The translations under genes were made by a program, and so were the position numbers. 63,785 bases of DNA from Paraspadella gotoi (lineage: Eukaryota; Animalia; Chaetognatha): positions 7,650,632-7,714,416 of the forward strand of contig CM119268.1 in the NCBI GenBank assembly GCA_051294375.1. The letters run 5' to 3'. A model generated the notes under the pieces. That model was not told the DNA's origin and searched no databases. It worked only from the letters and a program-made list of their open reading frames with translations. Of the stretch, positions 14,520 to 26,300 are shown one piece after another; within the stretch, counting starts at the first letter, position 1, and each line of letters opens with the position of its first letter.

Positions 14520-17046
14520 AGGAACGGCGGATCGCGTCACTCTGTCGCTACGTCACACCGCTTGTTCGACACACGCTACGTTCACTCCGCGACAAGCGCC
14601 CACTTGCCGCCCATTCTCAACACCCCAAACGTCGCCACGCTCCAACCTTCACTGCACACCCCCCCCTATCTCGCCTCATAACAGGCATCGACGGAAAAAA
14701 CTCCCTCTTATTTTTCCACCCATAACTTTTGTACTTTGAACCATTTCGGGTTCTGGGTCGGTAAGAGCGGAAATATGCCAAGCAGCATGTTGTTAGAGAG
14801 GACGAGGCCAATAAGAATTTGGGAGGGAGAAGAGAGAGCGACGGGGCTTTGGGGGGTGAGAAGAGGGGGAGAGAAGAGAGGAGAGAGTAGACGAGGAGAG
14901 AGACGAGAGAGAGAGGAGAGAGAGAGAGGAGAGAGAGAGAGAGGAGAGAATTGATACGGGCACTTTCTTAACCAACACAACAAAAAATCGCTGAGTGAAG
15001 ATTAAGAAAAAGATCAAGACGGTTTTTCCCTCTTCATCTCTTTTTTTTCTTTTTCTTTTCTTTTTCTTTCCTTTTCTTTTTCCTTTGCTTTGGTTTGATA
15101 CACCCGATTTTCTCGCGTTTTTTTCTGTTTGTAGCACAAAAAAACTCGCGGGCTGGAACATTTTACAGACGCGTATACAAATAATCGCGATTAACATTTC
15201 GAAGGTAATAAAATTTTAATGCGGATATTTTACCACCAAAAACCCTTTTTTTTTAAATTCCACCGCGACGAAAACTTAGTTATCTTTGCGCGAAGGTTCG
15301 GGCTGTAAGTTTTATTTCAGGGATTCGGGCGGAAAACTTTCAACGACCTAACGGCATCGGCGATTAAATCAGTTTTAACACAATTCTGCCAGATAAAAAA
15401 GTCTGAAGAAAATTGTCTTTCGTCGTCTTCTCATCGTCCTCACATTCAACCGCATGCGCTCAGCGTTTGCAAAGTCTTAACGCTATCGACGCCAGCAGCG
15501 TTTCCTCTCCTTTTGCGATTCGCGCCTGCCAAAAAAAAAAAAAACAGAAGTAACAAACGAATTAAAAATCTTCCAACGTCCTGTTAGATTTCCCTCGGAC
15601 ATCTCGAAGAGCCGAACCCTCTCCCTCAACCCGCATTTTCCCTGCCCATCTTGTCTTCTCCTCTCCCTTTTTCTCCGCCCCCCTTCCCCCCTTTTCGCCT
15701 CTCCCCTTAAAATCTTTCTTAGTTTCCATTCTTTTCTCTTCGTCGACGCGATGGTTCGCACAACATCACCGGCGTCAGAGAAGAAAATGAAAAGAAAGAA
15801 AAAAGAAGAAGAGGACGAGAGAAGAAAGAAATTTAAAGAAAAAAAAGAAAGGACAAAAACTTTCTTTCTTTTTTTTTTGTGGGGGGGGAATGTTGCAACA
15901 ATCTTAACTTCGCTTTTTGTTAATTTTTTACATTTATTTATCTTCCGTTTTTGGTATTTTTCTTTTTATTTTTTTTATGGTTTTTGTATTTTCGGCTTCG
16001 AACTTATTACTTATTTTAGCATATTGTTTCGCTAAATTTGTCCTCGCTGATTCAATTGGAATTTTAACCATAACAAAATTCGACCTATATAATAAATTCG
16101 TTTTTATAGTTGATTTTTCCCCTCTCAGAGCTTCATTTCAGCTTAGCTTTTTATCATTTTTTTGATTTTTTTTGTTTTTCCTTTGCTTCGCTTACGTTTT
16201 TTTGCTTCAACATTTTTTCCCCTTTGAAGGAGATAAAAACCGGACAGGTTCACAAACAAAACAACGAATTCCATTCCCCAACCACAGAAAAACAAAGATT
16301 CCAACCAAACAGTGAAATCTCTTTTGTCGATTCAGAGCCCAAAAAAGTGTCGGTTTCGCGACACCGAGGTCTCACAAAAGGTCAAAGGAGGTCGAGAAGA
16401 TGATAAAGAGGGCACGGCACACGAAGGAAGAAAAAAGGTCAAAAAAAGGGAAAAAGTGGCACGACGAGCCAAAAAAAAAAAAGGGCAGTTCAACGATGCT
16501 ATCTCCTTTTAGGCAACCGTTGGCTTTTCCGTCGAACGTCTTCTTAATTCCGCGAGTGAATAGAAAGCCGAAAGTTCGCGGGTTCGAAATCCGCGGAAAC
16601 AACAGGTCATTTCATATTATCGCCCTCGAGGCGTGATACCAAGAGAAAGACGACGAAAGGAATTGATAAAAGGACGATGTTAATTTTTTAATATCTGAAT
16701 TGTCTCTTTTCCTCTGCTACTCTATTTACATTCTTTTAATTTCCTTTCCTTCTCTTTCACAGGTGAAGAATTCTTTTATTATCTATTCATCTACCAACGA
16801 ATATGTACGCGATCAGCATTGTTCATTTCTCCTATCCATCCCCAATCCCCTTCCCCAGTTTGCCCGCACCACGTCTACCGATCGGATGATTAAAATCGAA
16901 AAGAGAATAAAAAGGAAAAAGTTCAGGAAATGAGTTGAAAATGTGTTTTGCAAAGACGAATCTTAGAAATAATCTGACGGCAACGATCTATCTCTCTCTC
17001 TTCTCTCTCTCTCATCTCTCTCTCCTTCTCATTCTCTCTCTTCTCT

Positions 17047-17092
<46 letters not shown>

Positions 17093-18625
17093 GTTTGGCG
17101 GCAACTCCAAGCCCAAGAAGAACTACGGCAATTTTACTTTGCGATTTATCTGATTAGTATCCCCTCTTTTTTGATAATTTTTCCCTTCTGATTGTATCCC
17201 ATCTTTTATTTCTTCGTTTTCACGGATTGTAAATTTTTTAAGTTTCAACGTTTGGATTCTCAATTTTGTTTCGTTTTGTTTTTATATTACCTTGGTGTAA
17301 TTTTATAACCAAATTCAACGCAATCATCTAAATACGAATACATGGATGCCAATGACATAATTAACTCTTACTTGCAGTAACACGTTTTTGTTGTTTTTTT
17401 TGATTCTTCCATGCTGCAAAATAAACAATTATTATTTCTCTAATTTCTCTCTTTTTTTTTTTTTTTTTAATATTTATCTAATTTTTTTCTCGCTCACATA
17501 TTCTTTTCTTTCCAAGTCTCCCTCTTTCCCCTCTTTTAACCCAATTTCCTTTATTTCCTTATATTTTCCTCCTTCTATTCCTCCGCATTTATCATCTTTT
17601 TCTTCCTCCCCCTTCAGCTTTTTTATCCATCCCCTAATTTTCTCCCTCGTTCTATTTTTTTAGTTTTTTTTAGTTTCGGTCGTCCGGACTGTCGGTCGGT
17701 CGTCGTCGGACTTCGGTCGGTCGTCGGTCGGACTGTCGGTTCGGCTCGGTCGGTCGTCCGTCTGAATGTCTGTCCGTCAGTCTATCCCACTTACGTAAAA
17801 TGCATAATAATTTGCCTAATAGTTGCCTATAGTTGCGTTGCTCATTTTGTTAAGACAGAAAGAAAATCAAATCTAAGGGACTACTAAGAATAGGAATAAG
17901 GCGTAGTGAAAAGTTACATACGAAAATTCTAAAAGTCAATTATGAAAAACATACCATCAGTGACATTAATTTGTAAAAAAAATTAATTTTATGTTTTTTA
18001 ATTTTCACAGTAGGCTATATTTATATATAGTACTATCCTTATAAAATCGAAAAATTAAAATTAAAGCTTTTCTTAATTTTGATTGCAGATTTGAATTCCT
18101 CGTCAAAAAGTTGATAAAAGAAAATATAAATCATTTTAAAATTATTTCATTAAGTGGTTAAAAATTAAAAAACTATATTTAATATATAAAAAATTAATTT
18201 TCAGCTTAAAATATAGCTTTTTTGAATTTTTGACCACTTAATGAAGGAATTTTTCAAAAAGAGTTATATTTCTTTCTATCAACTTTTTATGACGAATCCA
18301 AAATCTGCAAAAAAATCTTAGAAAAAACTTTTTTGAATTTTAACAATTTATTAGTTTAGTACTAGTATATAATATGGCTTACTGCGTAAATTGTAAAATT
18401 TATTATAAATTTTTTATATACATAAATGGTTATTAGTATAATGTTATTCATTCCTCACTTTTAGAATTTTAATTTAAGTTAAATTTAGAAATTTTACTAC
18501 CGCCTTAATAGGGAATAAAGGACGGAATTTCGATGCAGTGCATTTCATAAGGGTTAAGAAAGTATTTTAGTCATGTATGTAAATTTATACGTGAATATAA
18601 AGTCACTGCGGCGCAACACATTGGA
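14520..18625 (+). repeat. Left arm of large inverted duplication
   Basis: Reverse complement of 18789-22533: ggaacggcggatcgcgtcactctgtcgctac (14521) vs gtagcgacagagtgacgcgatccgcc (22499), and gcggcgcaacacattgga (18608) vs tccaatgtgttgcgccgc (18789), with many matching anchors between. Confidence 0.92.
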
Positions 18626-18640
18626 TGAACCGATCTTGTT
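17660..18640 (+). mobile_element. Helentron-associated non-autonomous element (HINE/DINE-1-like), copy lacking the 5' palindrome, interrupted by a MITE
   Basis: Starts tttttagt, then a (GGTC/GTCG)n tract at 17677-17785. The core is shared with the complete copy at 62926-63342 (aaatctaagggact, atgcagtgc). The 3' subterminal motif gcggcgcaaca is at 18608, and it ends tcttgtt. Confidence 0.7.
17897..18507. mobile_element. 611-bp AT-rich foldback MITE with long imperfect TIRs and target-site duplication
   Basis: Termini taaggcgtagtgaaaagtt and aattttactaccgcctta. Internal arms are complementary (cattaagtggttaaaaatt vs aattttttgaccacttaatg; aaaaagttgata vs tatcaacttttt). Flanked by ataggaa and atagggaa. 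The empty site ggactactaagaatagggaataaaggacgg is the reverse complement of 18891-18920. Confidence 0.88.
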
Positions 18641-18788
18641 TTTTCTTGGATCAACGCTCCCCCATCCCGTTTACCACCATGGTTTCGCTTTCAATAAAAA
18701 CACATTTACAACACTTTTTTTTTTATTTGTCTTGTTTTTTCTTTTCCGTATTTTAAGCGTTGTNNNNNNNNNNNNNNNNNNNNNNNNN

Positions 18789-19127
18789 TCCAATGTGTTG
18801 CGCCGCAGTGACTTTATTTTCACGTATAAATTTGACATGACATGTCTAAAATACTTTCTTAACCCTTATGACATGCACTGCATCGAAATTCCGTCCTTTA
18901 TTCCCTATTCTTAGTAGTCCCTTAGATTTGATTTTTTTTTCTGTCTTAACAAATGAGCAAGCAACTACACTGTAGTCTACACTACAGTCAACTATTAGGC
19001 AAATTATATGCATTTTTAACGTAAGTGGGATAGACCGACGGACAGACATTCCGACGGACCGACCGACCGACCGACAGTCCGACCGACCGACAGTCCGACC
19101 GACCGAAAACTAAAAAAACTAAAAAAA
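18789..19127 (-). mobile_element. HINE-like element, MITE-free counterpart of 17660-18640
   Basis: tgtgttgcgccgc, agtcccttagatttga and gtgggatagaccga, followed by (GACC)n; same order as 62946-63293. Confidence 0.7.
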
Positions 19128-22116
19128 TAGGAGAGGGAGAAAATTAGGGGATGGAAAAAAAGCTGAAGGGGGAGGAAGAAGAAGATGATAAATGCGGGGG
19201 AATAGAAGGAGAAAATATAAAGGGAATAAAGAGAAATTGGTTAAAGAGGGAAATGTGGGAGACTAGGAAATAAAAGGAATATGTGAGCGAGAAAAAATCA
19301 GATAAATATTTTTAAAGAAAAAAAAAGAGAAATTAGAGAAATAATAATTATTTATTTTGCAGCATGGAGAATCAAAAAAAAACAAAAACGTGTACTGCAA
19401 GTAAGATTGAGTTATTATGTCATTGCATCACTGTATCATTTAGAGGTTGCGTGGAATTTGGTTAAAATAAATATAAAATACACTACAGGTAATATAAAAA
19501 CAAACGTAACAAAATTAAGAATCCAAACATGAACTTACAAAAATTTACAATCCAAGGTGGGATACAATCACGGCGGGACAAAAATATTAAATAAAAATAG
19601 ATGGAGACGAGATTTACCAAACTTTCAGGGATTTTAAAATTTCTTTTTCAAAAGATTTCAATAATTCGCCGTGTAAGGATTGCGTGTGGTGGTGGCGGTT
19701 GGTTCTTGGGAAGGTTTGCGCCAAAACGATGAGAGAGAGAGAAGAGGAGAGTATGCGAGAGAGAGGAGCGACGAGACTGAAGATTTAAGAGTGAGATGAG
19801 AGGAGGGAAGAACTTGAGAGAGAGAAGAAAGAGGAGGGAATTAAGAATCGTTTGCCGCAGATTTAAATTGTTCTAAGATTCGTCTTTGCAAAACACATTT
19901 TCACCTCATTTCCCTGACTTTTTCCTTTTATTCTCTTTCGAGTTTAATCATCCGGATCGGTAGACGTTGGTGGCGGGNNNNNNNNNNNNNNNNNNNNNNN
20001 NNNNNNNNNNNNNNNNNNNNNNNNNNNNNNNNNNNNNNNNNNNNNNNNNNNNNNNNNNNNNNNNNNNNNNNNNNNNNNNNNNNNNNNNNNNNNNNNNNNN
20101 NNNNNNNNNNNNNNNNNNNNNNNNNNNNNNNNNNNNNNNNNNNNNNNNNNNNNNNNNNNNNNNNNNNNNNNNNNNNNNNNNNNNNNNNNNNNNNNNNNNN
20201 NNNNNNNNNNNNNNNNNNNNNNNNNNNNNNNNNNNNNNNNNNNNNNNNNNNNNNNNNNNNNNNNAATAACCAATGCTTGAATCGGGTAATATTCGTTGAA
20301 GATAATAAGAATCTTCACTGTGAAAAGAGGAAAGAAAATTAAAAGAGTAAATAGAGTAAGAGGAAAGAGACAATTCGATATTACAAAATGAACATCGTCC
20401 TTTATTATAAATTCCTTTCTTCGTCTTTCTCTTTGGGTTCACGCCTCGAGGCGATAAATATGAAATGACCTGTTTGTTCCGCGGGATTCGAACCCGCGAA
20501 CTTTCCGCTTCTAATCATCGCGGGAATTAAGAAGACGTTCGACGGGAAAAGCCACGGTTGCTAAGGAAGATCAGCATTGACCCCTTTTTTTTTTTTGCTC
20601 GTCGTGCCACCTTTTTTCCCTTTTTTTTGGACCTTTTTTCTTCCTTCGTCCGTGACCGTGCCTCTTTATATTTTCTCGACTCCTTTGACCTTTTGGAGAC
20701 CTCGGTTGTCGCGAACCGACACGTTTTTGGGGTCTTGATCGACAAAGAGATTCACTGTTGGGGGGAATCTTGTTTTTGGTTGGGAAATGGAATTCGTTGT
20801 ATTTGTTGTGAACGTCGGTTTTATGCTCTTATCAAAGGGGAAAAAAGTTGAAGCAAAAAACGTAAGCGAAGCAAAAGGAAAAAGAAAAAAAATCAAAAAT
20901 ATAAAAAAGCTAAGCTGAATGTAAGTCTAGAGAGGGAAAAATCAACTTATAAAACGAAATTTATTATTATAGGTCGAATTTTGTTATGGTTAAAGATTCA
21001 ATTAATCAGCGAGACAAAATTTTAGCCGAAACAATATGCTAAAATAAGTAATAACGTTCGAAGCCGAAAAAAACAAAAACAAAAAAAAAATTAAAAAAAG
21101 AAAATACAAAAACGGAAGATAAATAAAATGTAAAAAAATTAACAAAAAGCGAAGTTAAGATTGTTTGCAAACATTCCCCCCCCCCACAAAAAAAGAAAGT
21201 TTGTCCTTTCTTTTTTTTCTTTTAATTCTTTCTTCTCTCGTCTCTTTCTCTTTTTTCTTTCTTTCTATTTTCTTCCCTCTGACGCCGGTTGTTGTGTGCG
21301 ACACCATCGCGTCGACCGAGAGAAAAAGAATGGAAGATAAAAAAGATTTTAAGGGGAGAGGCGAAAGGGGGCAGAGGGGGGCGGAGGAAGAAAGGAGAGG
21401 AGAAGACAAGGATGGCAGGGAAATGCGGGTTGAGGGAGAGGGTTCGGCTCTTCCGAGGATTGTCCCGAGGGAATCTAACAGGACGTTGGAAGATTTTATC
21501 GCTTTGTACTTCTTTTTTTTTTTTTTTTTGCAGCGCGAATCGCAAAAGGAGAGGAAACGCGCGGGCGTCGATAGCGTAAGAACTTTGCAACGCTGAGCGC
21601 ATTGCGTTGAATGTTGAGGACGAGAAAGACGAGAAAGACAATTTTCTTCAGACTTTTATCTGGCAGATTGTGTTAAAACTTGATTTAATCTGCGATGCCG
21701 TTAGGGTTGAAAGTTTTCCGCGCCGATCCCGAGAATAAAACTTGCAGCGCCGAACCCTCGCGAAAGATAACTAAGTTTTCTCGCGGTGGAATTTAAAAAA
21801 AAAAGGGTTTTTGTGGTAAAATATCCGCATTAAAATTTTATTCCTTCGAAATGTTAATCCGATTTATTTGTATAGCGTCTGAAAATGTTCCGCCCGCGCG
21901 TTTTTTTGTGTACAAAACAGAAAAACGGAGAAAATCGAGTTATCAAAATCCAAAGCAAAGGAAATAAGAAAAGGAAAGAAAAGAAAAAAGAAAAAGAAAA
22001 AAAAAGAGAGAAGAGGGAAAAACCGTCTTGATTCTTTTTCTTATCTCACTCAGCGATTTTTTTTTTTGTCTAATGTTTTGGAGTAGAAGAGAAAGTGGCC
22101 CCACCCCCCTGTACAT

Positions 22117-22192
<76 letters not shown>

Positions 22193-22533
22193 TTCTTCTC
22201 CCCCTCTTCTCCACCCCCCAAAGCCCTCGCTCTCTCTCCCTCCAAATTTCTATGGCCTCGTCCTCTCTAACAACATCTGCTTGGCAATTTCCCTCTTCCG
22301 ACCCAGAATCCCGAAATGGTTCCAAAATAAAAAGTTATGGGGTGGAAAAATAAGAGGGAGTTTTTCCGTCGATGCCTGTTATAGCGAGAATAGGGGGGGT
22401 GTGGAGTGGAAGGTGGAGCGTGCGACGTTGGTGGTTGAGATGGGCGGAAGTGGGCGCTGTCGCGGAGTGACGTTAGCTGTGTCGAACAACGGTGTGACGT
22501 AGCGACAGAGTGACGCGATCCGCCCGTCGTTCC
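18789..22533 (-). repeat. Right arm of large inverted duplication
   Basis: Reverse complement of 14520-18625 except that it lacks the MITE. Begins immediately after the 25-N gap 18764-18788. Confidence 0.92.
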
Positions 22534-23276
22534 GACGTGCGTCGAGACTGAAGCAGCGTTGCCATCTCGACGATCGTGGCATATTTTCCTTTTTTTTTTG
22601 CCACCTGCCACTTCCTTGCTTCTGCGCTCCGACCTCGGCAACGAAATTAAAACACAAATTATCCTCCTGTTTTTGAAAAGGGCGCTCGCGCGCAATTCTC
22701 GACACCTTGCTCGCATATTCACCGGGCGAGACGGAACCTCGTTTTCGCAGCGATCTCGACGTCCTTCCGCCCTCAACGCACCGACAACAAATCCCGTCAG
22801 AACCCCGACCCTGCGTCACCCCTTCTCTCCAATCATTTCCCTTCCTTCCCTCGCATTCCAGCTTCGTCTTTCCTTAAATTCAAATTTGCGGAAAATAAGG
22901 AAATAAGGAAAAAGGAGGAAAGTCGAAGAAGGAAAGGATTATGGCGGAGCTTTCTCCTTCGTTGACCTAAAAGTCTCGGTTTCCGGACTAAGATCCGGCA
23001 ACCATCAAACTTTTTGAGTTCCGCGATCCTTAATTTAACGTTAACTTTCTCTTCTTTCTCTCTGTTTCTTCAGATATTTTTATTTCCCTTTCCTCTTAAT
23101 TTAAACTCTCCCTCCTTTACCTCCTCTCTTCTTTCCTCTCTCTCTTCCTCTCCCTCGCCCCTTCCCCTCTTCCTCCTTTCACTCTCTCATCGAATCTCTC
23201 TCTTCCGCTTTTCAAAATTCTCCCAAGATGGCGACAATCGTCGTCGTCGTCGTCATCACTGTTGTCGAAGTCACGG

Positions 23277-23317
<41 letters not shown>

Positions 23318-26300
23318 GTCGTCGCTCAAGAATCATCGTTTCGGTGAATTTCTTTTCCCGACTTCTCCAAATGGAATCGCGGAGACGACGGTGGTGGCGG
23401 TGGTAGTGGCGGGGTGGCGTTTGTGGTGGCGGCGGTGGCGGGATCGTTGGGGGGGGGTGACAGCGATGTAAAGGTTGAAGTTGATTTGGATCCAATGTAG
23501 CGTCGAGTTTTTCTTATTGCGACGACGAAACGAGGAAATAGGGTTGGGAAAGTTGTGAGCATAAGGAAAATAGAGAGCGAAGAGAAAAGCTTGCGAAAAA
23601 ATTGGCATTTTTTGGGGATGGCGAAAAAAAGGCAAAACATTAATCTGCTGAAGTAGTTAGTTGCATCGCAAAAATTTAGGTAGTTTAATGATTGTGATAG
23701 AAACAACAACAAAAAGACAAACAAGCAACCGCGTGATCCAAATTCTTGGAAATCAACTTCATACAATTTAAACACTTGGAACTTCTCGTCTTTTCTCTTG
23801 AATCTTTACCACAAGGAAAATGATTTCAAAGCAGAAAGTTTCGAATATATCAAGCGTAAACTACCGTCAAAGTAAAAGCTTGAAATTAATTAATTCATTC
23901 ATGTTTAAAACGAAAAAAAAAATCTCTTTACGACATTCAAATCATTTCGTTTTACTATTTTTTTTTTAAATTTTACTTTTTTTCTACTGCAATAAACTCA
24001 GTCTGAAGTAGAAATAAATATCGAAATATCGACGTCGATTGAAGGTTTTTTCCTTTAAACTTTTTTATTTTATTAATAATAGTTTTTTTCTTTCTTTTCA
24101 TCGCCCACTTAAGCCGCATTTGAAAAAAAAAAGAAAAAAGAAACTGAGGGTTATTTTTTCAGTCTTGGCTCCAGCTGGCTCCGGAGCGACTATCCCTTTC
24201 CCTTATAACAATTTTGTTGAAGGTTTTATGAAGCGGGGATGAAAAAGAGGGGAGAGGGAGAGGGAGAGANNNNNNNNNNNNNNNNNNNNNNNNNNNNNNN
24301 NNNNNNNNNNNNNNNNNNNNNNNNNNNNNNNNNNNNNNNNNNNNNNNNNNNNNNNNNNNNNNNNNNNNNNNNNNNNNNNNNNNNNNNNNNNNNNNNNNNN
24401 NNNNNNNNNNNNNNNNNNNNNNNNNNNNNNNNNNNNNNNNNNNNNNNNNNNNNNNNNNNNNNNNNNNNNNNNNNNNNNNNNNNNNNNNNNNNNNNNNNNN
24501 NNNNNNNNNNNNNNNNNNNNNNNNNNNGAGAGAGAGAGAGAGAGAGAGAGAGAAAGAAGAAAAGAATACAAAGCGGTAGAACAAGAGGAGAGACTTATTC
24601 TGGAAGACATCTTCGTCTTTCCAAAGGATTCCGGAAAAAGGATAAAGAGAAATAAGAGGATTAGAGACGCGGAGCTTTTCTCGGGATATGACGGAGAAAA
24701 GGGAGGAAAGGAAAATAAGGGAGGAAAGGAAAAAGAAGGAAATATAAGGAAGAGGGACTCAATATTGTCTGTGATAATGAGCGATCAAGACTCGGACGCA
24801 TCAAGGTCGGAGATTGAAGCGGAAAGTGAATGCTTGGTTCCCAGATTTTGGAAGATGGAAAGGGGCGTCGTTTATTAAGTCGAAAACTAATTTTAAAATT
24901 TTTTTTTTACTTTATTGAATAACCGTCAAACTCGTAATTTAAAAAAAAAATTAAATAATTGCATTAAATAAAATTCATGAAACAAAAACGATCAATCAGA
25001 CTCTTAAAAATAAACACTTATAATTTAATTTTTAAAATACATAGCGCATGATTTGGTCCCAATGTCAGGTTCTTTTAGAACTCATCCATGACTGACAAGC
25101 TAAATGAGGAGCGTCGTTTGAGCCAATTTTACCTGTCTCTAACTCATTTCGCGCGAGAAAGAGTTTTACAACTTGAACGGCCCACTTCTGACGAGTGAGA
25201 TGGCCTCATTTTGACAAAAGCTAAATTTTAAAACTCATCGCTGTCAAGTTTCATGGCCGAAATTTCGTAACGCCCTCGCTCTGGGATCATTCATTAAAAG
25301 TACATGAATGGATGAAATTGAAATCTTAAAATAACAAAAATCGTAACGAAATATATGAATACTATATAAATAAAATGTTACATATGTTACATTATTTTTA
25401 TAATAAAAAAAAAGAAACAAAAAACAACAGAAATCTGGAAAAAATCCATTGACAAAACTCGAAAAAAAAACCCCCCAAAAAACTGTTTCGAAGAAAAAAA
25501 AAACAGTTGAGCTTGTTTTTTGTTTTGTTCTTCTTCTTATCAATTCCCAGCAGCGCAGCACAAACCGCAGCCGAAGGGAGACAAGTCGGATTTGGGAAGA
25601 AATGACTCGAGAAATGAGAGGATGAAAACCGGGAAATTATTATGACAAAATATGTAAGAAGAAAAACGAAGAAAAAAAAAGTTATTTCGTAGAGAGATAG
25701 AGCGTTTTTAAAGGTTAAAGATGTATAAATCAATAAATGAATGATTTATTGAATGAATAAATATAAAATAAAATATAATAAATAAATAAATCAATCAATA
25801 ATGAAGAAATAAATTTTATTAACGAGTAAAGAGATTAAAAAAGGGACAACTTCCGTGAGATTCATAACTTAATAAAAGATGACAATTGTCAAGTCGAGAA
25901 AAATCACGACTTATGATTAACGACGACGACGACGACGACGACGACCGACGACGACGACACAAGCTGACGTCGATAACGTCGATGAAAATTTCCGTTAGGA
26001 TGACGTCACTCGTCGCCTCCGCATATTTTATTTATTCTATTAAAGAAACACGATGACGCCGTTGGGAGAGAAGGAGAGAGAGAGAGAGGAAGAGAGAGAG
26101 AGAGAGAGAAGGAGAGAGAAGAGTGAGAAGAGAGAGAGAGAGGAGAGAGAGAAGAGAGAGAGAGAGCGCCTCCAAAATACCAGGGTCGCTGGTATGCTCA
26201 AGGCATGAACCGAAGCCCGCGCGTGCAACGTCGTGGGCGCTTACGTGACGGCGAAGCCGAAAAACAAATAAATAAACAAAAGCGGAAAGAGGAGAGAGAG

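Noticed and set aside
14520-22533. Missed-adapter palindromic single read as the cause of the inverted repeat
   Set aside because: The arms differ by a clean TSD-flanked MITE, so they derive from different DNA molecules.
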